Assembly (NCBI GenBank): GCA_030017955.1
Contig: JASEGR010000003.1
Coordinates: 6,508 to 70,507, forward strand
Length of the DNA stretch: 64,000 nucleotides
Source: Candidatus Eiseniibacteriota bacterium
Lineage (GTDB): Bacteria; Eisenbacteria; RBG-16-71-46; JASEGR01
Reading direction: 5' to 3'
Numbering within the stretch: the stretch's first letter is position 1; each line of letters begins with the position of its first letter. The notes beneath the pieces are model-generated. The model saw only the letters and a list, made by a program, of their open reading frames with translations, ran no database searches and was not told the DNA's origin. Shown one piece after another: positions 28,057-37,213 of this stretch. The position numbers and the translations under genes were made by a program.

Positions 28057-29205
28057 ATGACGTTCAAGATGGACGATGAAGAACTAAGGGCGAAGGTTGC
28101 CCTTTCAATGTTTCTGGGAACGAGCGAAGCCGGGCTCGTGAGATTGCTTAAAACTTTCGGCTCCGCAAGGGAGATTCTGAGATCTGGTGTCTTGAGCCGG
28201 GGATTATTTCCGGATCTCGATTGGATAGGCGGGAGTATCCTCGGGGACGACAGGGTAGAAAGAGCTCTTCGGATATTGACTGCGGGTTCAGTAAGAGTCA
28301 CGTCCATCCTTGAACCTGACTATCCGGCCAGTCTCGGCTTGATTTCGAATCCGCCGCCTATTCTGTACGCCAGAGGGAGGCTTCCGGGCAAAGACGAACC
28401 GCTTATTTCGCTGGTGGGGAGGAGAAACCCGTCAGCAAGCGGGAGAAGTATGGCCTATGAGCTGGGGAGGAGTCTTGCACTTTCGGGGATCGGAGTCGTG
28501 AGCGGTCTGGCCCGCGGGATAGACTCTGAGGCGCACAGGGGAACCCTGGAGGGAGGAGGATACGCAGTAGCAGTCCTCGGCACGGGAATTGATGTTCCTT
28601 ATCCGGTCGAGAATAGAGGCCTTATGGAATCGATTGCAGAGAAGGGATGCGTCTTGAGCGAATTTTCTCCGGGCACTCCGCCCACGAGATACAATTTTCC
28701 AAGGAGGAACCGGCTCATCAGCGGGCTGACCCTCGGGATTGTCGTTATCGAGGCCGGTATGAGGAGCGGTTCACTTACGACCGCACGTAGTGCGGAATCG
28801 CAGGGGAAACGCATCTTTGTGGTTCCGGGAGACCCGACTTTCCCTGGAACAGCCGGCAGTAACACGCTTCTCAGGAGAGGCGCAATTCCAGTTCTTTCGG
28901 CATCCGACGTCGTTAGCAGGATTCCGGGGACCTCTGCGCCCCCGGAGAGGAGACCTGAAAGCAAGCGCCACGACCTTCATGGAGTTGACAAAAGGATATT
29001 CGATGCGCTTCATTCAGGACCTATGGACATAAATTCCATAGTCGAGGAGACGGCCTTACCAGCCAACGTCATTCTCTCTGCGCTTGTCAGGCTGGAGCTC
29101 GACGACGCTGTTGAAAGAATTCCTGGAAATATCTTTAGAATAAGGCCCCGATTCCGCGCGGCCCGGTTACCTTTAGGAAGTAATGGAGGTCAACGCACAA
29201 AGTGA
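28057..29205 (+). CDS. dprA: DNA processing protein DprA (Smf)
   Basis: Rossmann-like DprA core GRRNPSASGR...SGLARGIDSEAHRG...VLGTGIDVPYP...NFPRRNRLISGL...VVIEAG.RSGSL.TAR, and a C-terminal winged-helix region. Confidence 0.85.
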   Translation: MTFKMDDEELRAKVALSMFLGTSEAGLVRLLKTFGSAREILRSGVLSRGLFPDLDWIGGSILGDDRVERALRILTAGSVRVTSILEPDYPASLGLISNPPPILYARGRLPGKDEPLISLVGRRNPSASGRSMAYELGRSLALSGIGVVSGLARGIDSEAHRGTLEGGGYAVAVLGTGIDVPYPVENRGLMESIAEKGCVLSEFSPGTPPTRYNFPRRNRLISGLTLGIVVIEAGMRSGSLTTARSAESQGKRIFVVPGDPTFPGTAGSNTLLRRGAIPVLSASDVVSRIPGTSAPPERRPESKRHDLHGVDKRIFDALHSGPMDINSIVEETALPANVILSALVRLELDDAVERIPGNIFRIRPRFRAARLPLGSNGGQRTK

Positions 29206-30326
29206 AAGAGCCTGTTGTGGCAGTTGCCCGCTCAAGGGGCTACACAAGAGAAGAAATATCCGATTCGCTAAGATACTGCCTTCATCCATTTGGAGGCATG
29301 GAGAAATTCGTGAGACACGGTGACACAGTGCTCGTCAAGCCTAACCTTCTCTCAGCGAGGAACCCTGACAGGGGCATTACAACACATCCGGTCATTGTAC
29401 GGTGTCTCTGCGCGATGGTCAAAGAGGAAGGCGGAGTTCCGGTGATAGGAGACAGCCCGGCCGGGGCGGAAAAAGGGATAGAACGGTTGTGGCGGGAGAC
29501 AGGGATGCTCGATGTCTCAAGGGAGGAAAGGGTCGACCTGGTGAACTTTGAATCAAGCGGCACTGTGGAAATGTCCGTAAACGGAAGCAAATACTATGTT
29601 GCGAAGCCGGTCATAAACGTCGATCTTGTAATCAATGTTCCGAAGCTCAAGACTCACTCTCTTGTGCTCTATACAGGCGCTCTCAAGAACACTTTTGGCA
29701 TTCTCCCGGGATTTCAGAAAAGCGGGTTCCATAAATCTCAGCCTTCAGTGACGCAATTCTCCCAGGTTCTTGCAGACGTGTTCTCACTTGTTAGGCCCGC
29801 ACTGACCGTGATGGACGCCGTTGTCGCGATGGAGGGCGACGGGCCGGCATCAGGAAAACTGAGAGAGACCGGGATGCTCGTGGCAAGCGAGGATGCGGTT
29901 GCGCTCGACGCCGTTGTCTCACGATTGATTGGCCTTTCGAGAAAAGAGATGAAGATTCTCGACATGGCCGAAAGAATGGGGCTGGGAAGTGCGAACCTTG
30001 ACAAAATCCGGATTGCCGGTCCGCAGTTTCGTGATCTTATGATTGACGGCTTTTCTCTTCCATCAAACCGGACTTACCGCAATCTTGCTCCATTTGCAAT
30101 TCGTGCACTGGGAGGACTTGCCTGGATAAGGCCAGTCGAAGACAGGGAGAAATGCACTCTGTGCGAGATCTGTGTCAGCAACTGCCCGGTATCTGCCATA
30201 AGGGTCAAGAAGAAATCGCTCAAGTTTGACTACGACAAGTGCATTGACTGCATGTGCTGCCATGAAATCTGTCCGGAGAATGCCGTCAAACTGAAGAAGA
30301 GCTTTCTGGGAAGGTTCATCTGGTGA
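29202..30326 (+). CDS. DUF362-domain protein with C-terminal 2x[4Fe-4S] ferredoxin domain
   Basis: The C-terminus carries CTLCEICVSNCP...CIDCMCCHEICP, two CxxCxxCxxxCP motifs. The N-terminal domain is typical of DUF362 iron-sulfur proteins. Confidence 0.6.
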   Translation: MKEPVVAVARSRGYTREEISDSLRYCLHPFGGMEKFVRHGDTVLVKPNLLSARNPDRGITTHPVIVRCLCAMVKEEGGVPVIGDSPAGAEKGIERLWRETGMLDVSREERVDLVNFESSGTVEMSVNGSKYYVAKPVINVDLVINVPKLKTHSLVLYTGALKNTFGILPGFQKSGFHKSQPSVTQFSQVLADVFSLVRPALTVMDAVVAMEGDGPASGKLRETGMLVASEDAVALDAVVSRLIGLSRKEMKILDMAERMGLGSANLDKIRIAGPQFRDLMIDGFSLPSNRTYRNLAPFAIRALGGLAWIRPVEDREKCTLCEICVSNCPVSAIRVKKKSLKFDYDKCIDCMCCHEICPENAVKLKKSFLGRFIW

Positions 30327-31213
30327 TGAGACGGGTGTCGCATTTCATCGAATACCTCCTGGTCCTTTCCGTTGTGAAACTGGGCTGCATCCTGCCGTTG
30401 CGGGCTTCTCTCTTTGCAGGACGCCTCATAGGGAAAACTGCCTTCAACCTCGTCCGTGCCAGGCAGCGTGTCACCATTGCGAATCTTGAAGCGGCCTTCG
30501 GAAAAGAGAAAACCCGCGAGGAGATAGTGGGGATTGCGAAGCGGTGCTACGAGAATATCGGCCAGACTTTCATAGAATTCGGAAGATTCCCGGTCACGAA
30601 ACCCGAGACTATCAGAAAGCTTGTCCGGATTGAGGGCCTTGAGCATCTGAGGGATGCCATGGCCGCGGGCAAGGGCGGGCTCTTTGTGGCAGGGCATTTC
30701 GGGAGCTGGGAGTTAATGGGCGCGTCGTTTTTTGCCTACGGATTTCCTGTGAGTTTTCTTGTAGGCGAACAGAGTAACAGGGCAGTTGACAATATGATGA
30801 ACAGATACAGGGAAGCGTGCGGCATCAAGATAATTCCGATGGGAATCAGCATGAGAAAGGTTCTCAAGACTCTCAGATCGAATGAATTTGTTGCGCTGCT
30901 TTCGGACCAGGACGCAGGAAGGAAGGGGGTCTTCGTCGACTTCTTTGGAAGAAAAGCTTCAACTCCTTTCGGTCCCGCGGCCTTCTCCCTGAGGACCGGT
31001 TCTCCAATAATAGTGTGCTCCATAGTGCGGGGGGAGCGTGGAAAGCACACGGTGATCCTGGAGAAGCCCGTCTATCCGGAACCGAGCGGCGACGAGCAAC
31101 GCGACATCGAACGGTACACTCAGCTTTACACCTCCGTCATTGAGAAATATGTGAGGCAGTATCCCGACCACTGGTACTGGCTGCACAGACGCTGGAAAAC
31201 CTCACCCAAATAA
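30323..31213 (+). CDS. Lipid A biosynthesis lauroyl/myristoyl acyltransferase (LpxL/HtrB family, LPLAT superfamily)
   Basis: 296 aa with an N-terminal TM and an HX4D-like catalytic region (AGHFGSWE). Length and layout match Kdo2-lipid IVA acyltransferases. Confidence 0.65.
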   Translation: MMRRVSHFIEYLLVLSVVKLGCILPLRASLFAGRLIGKTAFNLVRARQRVTIANLEAAFGKEKTREEIVGIAKRCYENIGQTFIEFGRFPVTKPETIRKLVRIEGLEHLRDAMAAGKGGLFVAGHFGSWELMGASFFAYGFPVSFLVGEQSNRAVDNMMNRYREACGIKIIPMGISMRKVLKTLRSNEFVALLSDQDAGRKGVFVDFFGRKASTPFGPAAFSLRTGSPIIVCSIVRGERGKHTVILEKPVYPEPSGDEQRDIERYTQLYTSVIEKYVRQYPDHWYWLHRRWKTSPK

Positions 31214-31324
31214 GACCCAAAGTTTCAGATTCGATTGCCGCTAACAGAGTTAACTCTTTGGCACATCATGCCGATGAATAAATAAGGCGGAAGAAGGTAC
31301 CGCCACCGGTCAGGGGGTGAGAAG

Positions 31325-31738
31325 ATGAAGAGAGGCAGAATACTTGTGGTGGACGACGAGGAGGACGTTCTAACAACACTGAGGCACGTTTTTGAGCTGA
31401 ACGGGTTCGATGTGCTGCTTGCAAGAAACGGAGCAGAGACTCTCGACATTGCCAGAAGGGAATCGCCGGATCTGATAGTCCTCGATGTGATGCTTCCGGG
31501 TCAAAATGGTTATGAGATCTCGAGGATTCTCAAGGAGGAGATTGAAAAAGGCAGTATCCGCCGCGACATGAAAATCGTCATCCTCACCGCCAGGAAACTG
31601 GATTCCAGCGAAAGGGAAGAGTTCATATCCACCTGGGCAAAGGCCGACGGGTACCTCTACAAGCCGTTCAAGATGGAGGAACTCATCGAGACTGTTGAAA
31701 CGCTTCTGGGCGTGAAGCCGGCCCACGCGAGAACTTAA
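31325..31738 (+). CDS. Stand-alone response regulator receiver protein (CheY-like)
   Basis: RILVVDDEEDVLTTL...DLIVLDVMLPGQNGYE...YLYKPF contains the conserved Asp pocket and the K(P)F motif. It has no output domain. Confidence 0.8.
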   Translation: MKRGRILVVDDEEDVLTTLRHVFELNGFDVLLARNGAETLDIARRESPDLIVLDVMLPGQNGYEISRILKEEIEKGSIRRDMKIVILTARKLDSSEREEFISTWAKADGYLYKPFKMEELIETVETLLGVKPAHART

Positions 31739-33465
31739 GGAGCCCGGGAGTATTGAAGAGGGTCAATATCAGGAAAGAGGTTGTCTCTTTCTTCGACGGA
31801 TGACAGGAAAGTGATTTCTTCCACGGAGAGCCTCTCCCCGTGTTTCAGTTTCTCCAGAAGTCTTATTAGACTTGTGAAGTCTTCGTAGTGCCTCTCAACT
31901 CTTCCTTCGGCGTAGTCTCTTGCACTCCAGGTCGAGATAAGAAACTGCCAGTCGGATGATTCCAGGAGAAGAAGTTCTCTTATTGCCTGTTTGAGAACCC
32001 TGTAGAACTCGCTTCGATCCGCCTGCCTGGCTTCCGCCGAGATTGAATTCATCGATAGTTCCGCCTCATGTATAAGCTTCCATGTCCATTCTGTCCAACT
32101 GTTCAGCCAGACATAATGAAACCCGCCTTCGCCCCACGATCCTTCCGGGAGAGAGACAACGGTCCGGGGAGGAAATTTCTCCAGATACCTGCGAGGGCTG
32201 AGCGCCTCGATCATGTCATCCTCATCGATTATTCTCAGCACAGTCTCAAACCACTGAACTCCTTCGAACCACCAATGGCCAAGAAGTTCGGTGTCATAGG
32301 GAGCACAGAGCATTCCTGGCGTTCCGAATCTCTTGTGGTGTCCGATCAGAGCTTCTTTCACAAGCGAAACGAAGTGCATAGCATTCTCAGGGATTCTTCC
32401 GAATGCATTCTCCGGCACGTAGGTTTCCTTTCTCGCAAGGTCACTCTTTGAGGCAGTCACCCTCCAGTACCGGATTCCTCCCGGAAAATGCTTCTTGTGA
32501 AACTCAAGATAGTTGCCGTCTCCCGGGTAGCCGCGCTCGCCGCTCCACACCTGCACTGCCGTTCTGGGGTCCCTGGTGAAAAACGAGATTGGCTCTCTCA
32601 GGTGAGGTTCAGATGGTGAAGAAACAAGGTAGGGGACAAGATGTGACCTCTCCTGAACAGGCTTCTCAACCATCTCCAGAATAGATCTTTCCCACATCTC
32701 CTTGAGCGCCTTGAACCTGTCAAGATAGACTCCAATCGCCTTCCCGCCTTTCAACATGTGGGAATCAACGAAGAAAAACTTGATGTGAGCCTCGCCCAGA
32801 AATTCTTCTACACCTCTTCTCTCAAAGGAAAGTTTGTCCGAAACCGGGGACGTCCAGTGGTAGCGGGGCCTGTAGGCACACTCTGGCAGCCAGATGCCTT
32901 TCGGTTCCTCACCGAAGTGTCTCATGTAGGAACTCTTTCCGACGAGGATCTGCGCCTTGACTGCCTCATCCGTGCCGAGAAGAGGGAGATAGCCGTGAGT
33001 CGCCGCCGAAGTAAGAATTTCGACGCTTCCCTCATCGCGGAGTCTGCGGAAACCTCCGATTATGTCTCCCGAATAACGTTCCCTGAAGCTCCTAAGGACA
33101 TTTTCGTAGAACCGCTCCCAAAAAGCCGTGAGCGCGTTGAACTCTGTCTTCCCCGAACCAGAAAAGTCCTTCCTGTCATTTCTCACTGCCTCCAGTCTGT
33201 TTTCGAGATATGCCGTGAACTCCTCTTTGAAGGCCTGACTTGAGAGCTGCTCGCAAAGGACTGGTGTCAAGCCGACTGCGCAGGAGGGATTCCCGCCCCT
33301 CTCGAGAATCGAGGTCAAGACATTGAGAAGAGGAATGTAAGATTCGGCGGATGCCTCATTCAGCCAGTCAGTGCCGTGAGGCCACCTGCCGTGCGACATA
33401 ACATACGGAATGTGTGAATGGAGGACGAAAGAGAAGTAGCCGAGAGGGTTCTTAGTTTTCAGAAT
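31735..33465 (-). CDS. Glycoside hydrolase family 57 1,4-alpha-glucan branching enzyme; non-canonical start (ATT 33465..33463 or CTG 33462..33460), first ATG at 33399
   Basis: The minus-strand frame is open from the TAA at 33515..33513. The GH57 N-terminal signature KNPLGYFSFVLHSHIPYV is encoded upstream of the first ATG (MSHGRWPHGTDWLNEASAESYIPLL...). There is no ATG/GTG/TTG in that stretch, and a GAAGGA Shine-Dalgarno lies 6 nt before the ATT. Confidence 0.75.
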   Translation of the reverse strand: MLKTKNPLGYFSFVLHSHIPYVMSHGRWPHGTDWLNEASAESYIPLLNVLTSILERGGNPSCAVGLTPVLCEQLSSQAFKEEFTAYLENRLEAVRNDRKDFSGSGKTEFNALTAFWERFYENVLRSFRERYSGDIIGGFRRLRDEGSVEILTSAATHGYLPLLGTDEAVKAQILVGKSSYMRHFGEEPKGIWLPECAYRPRYHWTSPVSDKLSFERRGVEEFLGEAHIKFFFVDSHMLKGGKAIGVYLDRFKALKEMWERSILEMVEKPVQERSHLVPYLVSSPSEPHLREPISFFTRDPRTAVQVWSGERGYPGDGNYLEFHKKHFPGGIRYWRVTASKSDLARKETYVPENAFGRIPENAMHFVSLVKEALIGHHKRFGTPGMLCAPYDTELLGHWWFEGVQWFETVLRIIDEDDMIEALSPRRYLEKFPPRTVVSLPEGSWGEGGFHYVWLNSWTEWTWKLIHEAELSMNSISAEARQADRSEFYRVLKQAIRELLLLESSDWQFLISTWSARDYAEGRVERHYEDFTSLIRLLEKLKHGERLSVEEITFLSSVEERDNLFPDIDPLQYSRAP

Positions 33466-33761
33466 CCGATGTCCTTCTTCGAGGGTTCGCCTGGGAAAAT
33501 CTTTATCGGCCCGTACTGTTCCTCAAACTTCTTTATGTTCGTGTCCAGGGCATTGAGAAGGGATTTCGCATGCTGGGGGGTCATCACGATTCTGGCGTAA
33601 ACCCTGCTCTTCGGAACGCCGGGCATGAATCTCGCAAAATCGATTATGAATTCGGAAGGCGAGTGCGCTATGAAGGCAATGTTGGAATAGATGCCTTCGG
33701 CCTCTTTCTCGCCAAGCTCCACGCTTATCTGCGGCTGCGGAATCGGCTGCTGTTTCTCCAT
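33459..33761 (-). CDS. DUF3467-family small protein
   Basis: 100 aa. The motif GIYSNIAFIAHSPSEFIIDFARF matches the DUF3467 G-x-Y-x-N...H...EF..DF signature. Its stop overlaps the putative ATT/CTG start of the downstream GH57 gene (ATTCTGA). Confidence 0.55.
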   Translation of the reverse strand: MEKQQPIPQPQISVELGEKEAEGIYSNIAFIAHSPSEFIIDFARFMPGVPKSRVYARIVMTPQHAKSLLNALDTNIKKFEEQYGPIKIFPGEPSKKDIGF

Positions 33762-34088
33762 CTTGCGCGACCTCCGTCTGAAGAAAGCCAGTTTGAGATC
33801 CCCGTCTCTGTTTACGTCGAATGGGTTCTGACAGGATCAAGAACCGGTGCTCCGATCTCAGAGATTCTTGACCGGGCTCCATGGAATCGTTGAACTTGAA
33901 AGAGATTATGGTGAATGAAGTACCATGTCAAGGAGAAACGGGGCATGCTCCGAATTCGGGGACACATCTCTAAGCCTGTTTGGGGAATCAGACCCTGGCT
34001 CAGGCGTTGAATCCTCTCAAGCTAGCTCCTGGCTTAGCCGATTTAATCCTAGGAAGGTGGTCAGTCGCTGGTCCTAGCAGCATTACAG

Positions 34089-34117
34089 TTGACATGGCAC
34101 AGTCTGTTTCCTAATCT
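34089..34117 (+). promoter_or_regulatory. Sigma-70-like promoter TTGACA-N17-TAATCT upstream of GAF sensor kinase
   Basis: A perfect -35 hexamer sits at 34089-34094 with 17-nt spacing to TAATCT at 34112-34117. It lies ~55 nt upstream of the kinase start codon. Confidence 0.45.
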
Positions 34118-34173
34118 GAGCGTGACGAAGGGGCTTCCAGGACAAGGCTGTCTTCTGCGGGGGAAATCCGTCA

Positions 34174-36156
34174 GTGGAGACCAACATAACCTCAAAGGAT
34201 GCTCTTGAAGAGAAGTGTGTGCTTCTCAACAAGAAGCTCGAAGAACTTTCCCTGATATTCAGAATAATGAATCTTCTCCACAGCACCATGGAGGTCGAGA
34301 AGATTCTGAAAATCGCACTTACCTCAGTGACGACCGGGACGGCGCTTGGTTTCAACAGAGCTCTAATTTTCCTCGTTGACGAGGAAAACGGAGTCCTTGA
34401 GGGCAAGATGGGTGTCGGTCCGAAGAACATGGAAGAGGCAGCAAGAGTCTGGGAGGAGTTGGGAAAATCGTCTCTCCCGTTTGAGGCATTTGCGGCAATG
34501 GCTGCGGAAGATGCTCAGCTCGCAGAGAAAAGTCCTCTCACGAGCCTGGTGCAGACTCTGAGTTTCCCGCTCGAGAGGGATACTGACGTAACAGTTGATT
34601 CTCTTCTTGAGAAGCAGTGCGTGATCGTAAGGAATGCCCCGTTTGACCCGCGGGTAAGCGCAAGATTCAATGCGGTTTTCGAGTCGAGAGAGTTTCTGGT
34701 CACTCCAGTAGTGACAAAAGTGAAACCGGTGGGAGTCATCGTTGCGGACAACCATTACACTGGCAGGCCCATCCTGGAGGAGGACTGCGCGATCCTTTCC
34801 TCAGTCGCGCACCAGGTAGGATTGGCGCTCGACAACGCCAGAACATACGCCGACGTAAAAAGACGACTTTCGGAAATCTCAACACTCCAGGAGATGGGGA
34901 AGAAGATCATCTCAATGATGGATTTGAGGAGCGAGCTGGTCACTGTCGCAAAGGTCTCGTCCACGGTGCTTGGTGCAAGAGGGAGCGTCATCTGGCTTAC
35001 CCAGAACGAGGATGAGCTCACGGCCATCGCGAGATTCGCCGAGAAGGACAGCAGCGAACTGGAATCTGCCATTCCGCTTCTTGAAGAGGCTGCCGCCTGG
35101 TCTGTCTCCGAGGGCACCCCTCTACTCGTAAGAAATTCTTCCGAAGATGAAAGGTTCTCCGGCTGGGAAAAACCCGGGTTCTCGTTTCTTGTCGTTCCGC
35201 TTGTCTCAAAAAGCCGCACGATAGGTGCGATAGCCGTTTACGGAAAAGAGAGACGGAACATCTTTGAGTCACCGACTTTCAACAGGAATGACGAGCAGTT
35301 CCTTACTATTCTTGCAGATGAAACCTCGGTCGCGGTTGAAAACGCCAGGCTGTTTGATGAGGTAAGGAGGAGTGAGGCAAGACTGAGGGAGACCCAGGCG
35401 CTTCTCCTTCACTCCGAGAAGCTGGCGGCTCTTGGTGAGATGAGCGCAAAGGTCGCCCACGAGATAAGGAATCCCCTGGCGTCAATTGGCGGTTTTGCCA
35501 GAAGGGCAGCCAAGAACATGGGAGAACAGGACCCGAACAGAGAATATCTTCAGGTAATCGTGAGAGAAACCGACCGGCTCGAGAGGATTCTGACGGAGCA
35601 ACTTCAGTTTGCCCAGCTTTCCAGACCGACCCTGAAGCTTGAAAACATGAATGCAATCATCCAGGAGACTCTCCAATTGATCTCGGATGACATTGCGAAG
35701 AAGAAGGCAAGACTTCTCAAGAAATTCTCGCTTGATCTTCCGAAGCTCCTTCTTGATGCGGACAAAATGAAGCAGGTCTTCCTGAACATATTTCAGAATG
35801 CCCTGGAGTTCATGCCGAAGGGGGGAAGGCTTAGAGTCGAAAGCAGTCTCACGCAGGCCGACGTGCTCGTGGAGATTGCCAACGACGGGCCAAAGATCCC
35901 CGGCGAGATGCTGGACAGGATCTTTGTTCCATTTGCGACGTCCAAGAAACACGGTTCCGGTCTTGGACTTGCCGTCGCGTATCAGATCGTACGGGAGCAC
36001 GGCGGAGAAATCAATGCCCGCAGCGAAGGCGACTGGAGCGCGATTTTCACTGTGAGCGTTCCCATCAAAGGCAATGAAGATAGAAGGAGGATGTCGGATA
36101 GACGGTCGTCAAACACCGACAGACGCGGGAGAATGAAGTGGATGAACCCGTCCTAG
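34174..36156 (+). CDS. Multi-GAF-domain sensor histidine kinase
   Basis: 660 aa with two or three GAF-like segments. HisKA SEKLAALGEMSAKVAHEIRNPLASIGGFA. HATPase_c (NDGPKIP, GSGLGLAVAYQIV). Confidence 0.8.
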   Translation: METNITSKDALEEKCVLLNKKLEELSLIFRIMNLLHSTMEVEKILKIALTSVTTGTALGFNRALIFLVDEENGVLEGKMGVGPKNMEEAARVWEELGKSSLPFEAFAAMAAEDAQLAEKSPLTSLVQTLSFPLERDTDVTVDSLLEKQCVIVRNAPFDPRVSARFNAVFESREFLVTPVVTKVKPVGVIVADNHYTGRPILEEDCAILSSVAHQVGLALDNARTYADVKRRLSEISTLQEMGKKIISMMDLRSELVTVAKVSSTVLGARGSVIWLTQNEDELTAIARFAEKDSSELESAIPLLEEAAAWSVSEGTPLLVRNSSEDERFSGWEKPGFSFLVVPLVSKSRTIGAIAVYGKERRNIFESPTFNRNDEQFLTILADETSVAVENARLFDEVRRSEARLRETQALLLHSEKLAALGEMSAKVAHEIRNPLASIGGFARRAAKNMGEQDPNREYLQVIVRETDRLERILTEQLQFAQLSRPTLKLENMNAIIQETLQLISDDIAKKKARLLKKFSLDLPKLLLDADKMKQVFLNIFQNALEFMPKGGRLRVESSLTQADVLVEIANDGPKIPGEMLDRIFVPFATSKKHGSGLGLAVAYQIVREHGGEINARSEGDWSAIFTVSVPIKGNEDRRRMSDRRSSNTDRRGRMKWMNPS

Positions 36157-36251
36157 TTTTGGGGAGCCGGCCTTGGTCTTTCCAAATGCCTTCGTTTCAT
36201 TAGACGGCAGCGGCGGGCGGCTTCTGATGGCTCAAGGAAGGAGGTGGCAGG

Positions 36252-36626
36252 GTGAAGAAAGTTTTGGTAGTTGAGGATGATGACAGTCTGAGACTTCTCT
36301 ACACAAGCGAGCTCTCCGATGACGGCTACGAAGTCCTTCCTGTATCATGTGGCGATGAAGCGCTGGAAGTCTTCAAAGAAAAGAAGCCGGATCTTGTTGT
36401 TCTTGACATCAGGTTGAGCGGGATGAGCGGCCTCGAAATACTCGGGGAAATGCTCAAGGTGAAGAAAGACATCCACGTGGTGATAAACTCGGCGTATCCT
36501 AACTTCCAGAGGGAGTTTGCCACCTGGGGAGCGGATGCTTATCTCGTGAAATCGTCGGACACGTCGGTTCTTCGTGAGACAGTGAAGAGCATCCTCGAAG
36601 AGAAGCCGGCGAGTACGTCTGTGTGA
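36252..36626 (+). CDS. Stand-alone response regulator receiver protein
   Basis: KVLVVEDDDSLR...DLVVLDIRLSGMSGLE...YLVKS is a REC domain with no output domain. It lies downstream of the GAF kinase. Confidence 0.8.
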   Translation: MKKVLVVEDDDSLRLLYTSELSDDGYEVLPVSCGDEALEVFKEKKPDLVVLDIRLSGMSGLEILGEMLKVKKDIHVVINSAYPNFQREFATWGADAYLVKSSDTSVLRETVKSILEEKPASTSV

Positions 36627-36761
36627 ATAGAACTGTAGTCACTCATTCTGTTGTTAGGTCTGAGAAGTGCAGCAGTTGGATTTCTGCCGCCCATAGTCCT
36701 GTTTGAATTCCCTTGACCAGAAGCCCTTCTCCATGCTAAGAAAGGTCTTGCATACGGGTGT

Positions 36762-36837
36762 GCGACCCTAGCTCAGTCGGTAGAGCACCAGACTGAAAAT
36801 CTGGGTGTCCGCAGTTCAATTCTGCGGGGTCGCACCA
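36762..36837 (+). tRNA. tRNA-Phe (anticodon GAA)
   Basis: Manual fold: acceptor GCGACCC/GGGTCGC, D-arm GCTCAGTCGGTAGAGC, anticodon stem CCAGA/TCTGG with loop CTGAAAA, T-arm CGCAG-TTCAATT-CTGCG, discriminator A, and an encoded CCA. Confidence 0.85.
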
Positions 36838-36948
36838 TTTCTTGAAGCCCACGAGGCCTGCAAAGACCGTCCTCGGGTTCCGGCTGCTGTTCCCTGGCTT
36901 AAGGCCTGCACATGCCTCGCCGAATCAGGGCAAAGTTCAAACGGAGAA

Positions 36949-37024
36949 GCTGGTGTAGCTCAGCAGGTAGAGCAACGCACTCGTAATGCGTAGGTCAGCG
37001 GTTCGATTCCGCTCACCAGCTCCA
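36949..37024 (+). tRNA. tRNA-Thr (anticodon CGT)
   Basis: Manual fold: acceptor GCTGGTG/CACCAGC, D-arm AGCTCAGCAGGTAGAGC, anticodon stem ACGCA/TGCGT with loop CTCGTAA, T-arm GCGGTTCGATTCCGC, and an encoded CCA. Confidence 0.85.
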
Positions 37025-37140
37025 CGTACAGACAGTCTCTCAAGTACTGAGAGGAATCGAAGCCGACCCGAGCGCCTCCTGTGGAGGATGAAGCGAGGGC
37101 GGCCGGCGACGGAGGAGGAGCGGGAGCGACGGGGGAGGAG

Positions 37141-37160
37141 GATTCCGCTCACCAGCTCCA
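37141..37160 (+). repeat. 20-nt direct repeat of the tRNA-Thr 3' end (att-like remnant)
   Basis: GATTCCGCTCACCAGCTCCA at 37141-37160 is identical to 37005-37024 (T-arm and acceptor 3' strand plus CCA of the tRNA-Thr). Confidence 0.6.
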
Positions 37161-37213
37161 GATGCTTGTTCCTTACCGAGTTGTGAATTGGATAATGCGA
37201 GAAGAGGCTAAAT

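Noticed and set aside
33570-33893. 107-aa plus-strand ORF in the DUF3467/GAF-kinase intergenic area.
   Set aside because: It overlaps the better-supported minus-strand DUF3467 gene (33459-33761), which has a recognisable family motif. It has no motifs of its own and sits where divergent promoters are expected.
36762-37160. Integrated mobile element at the tRNA-Phe/tRNA-Thr pair.
   Set aside because: Only a 20-nt direct repeat of the tRNA-Thr 3' end is present, 116 bp away. No integrase, excisionase or cargo genes exist between or nearby. It is reported as a repeat/scar only.
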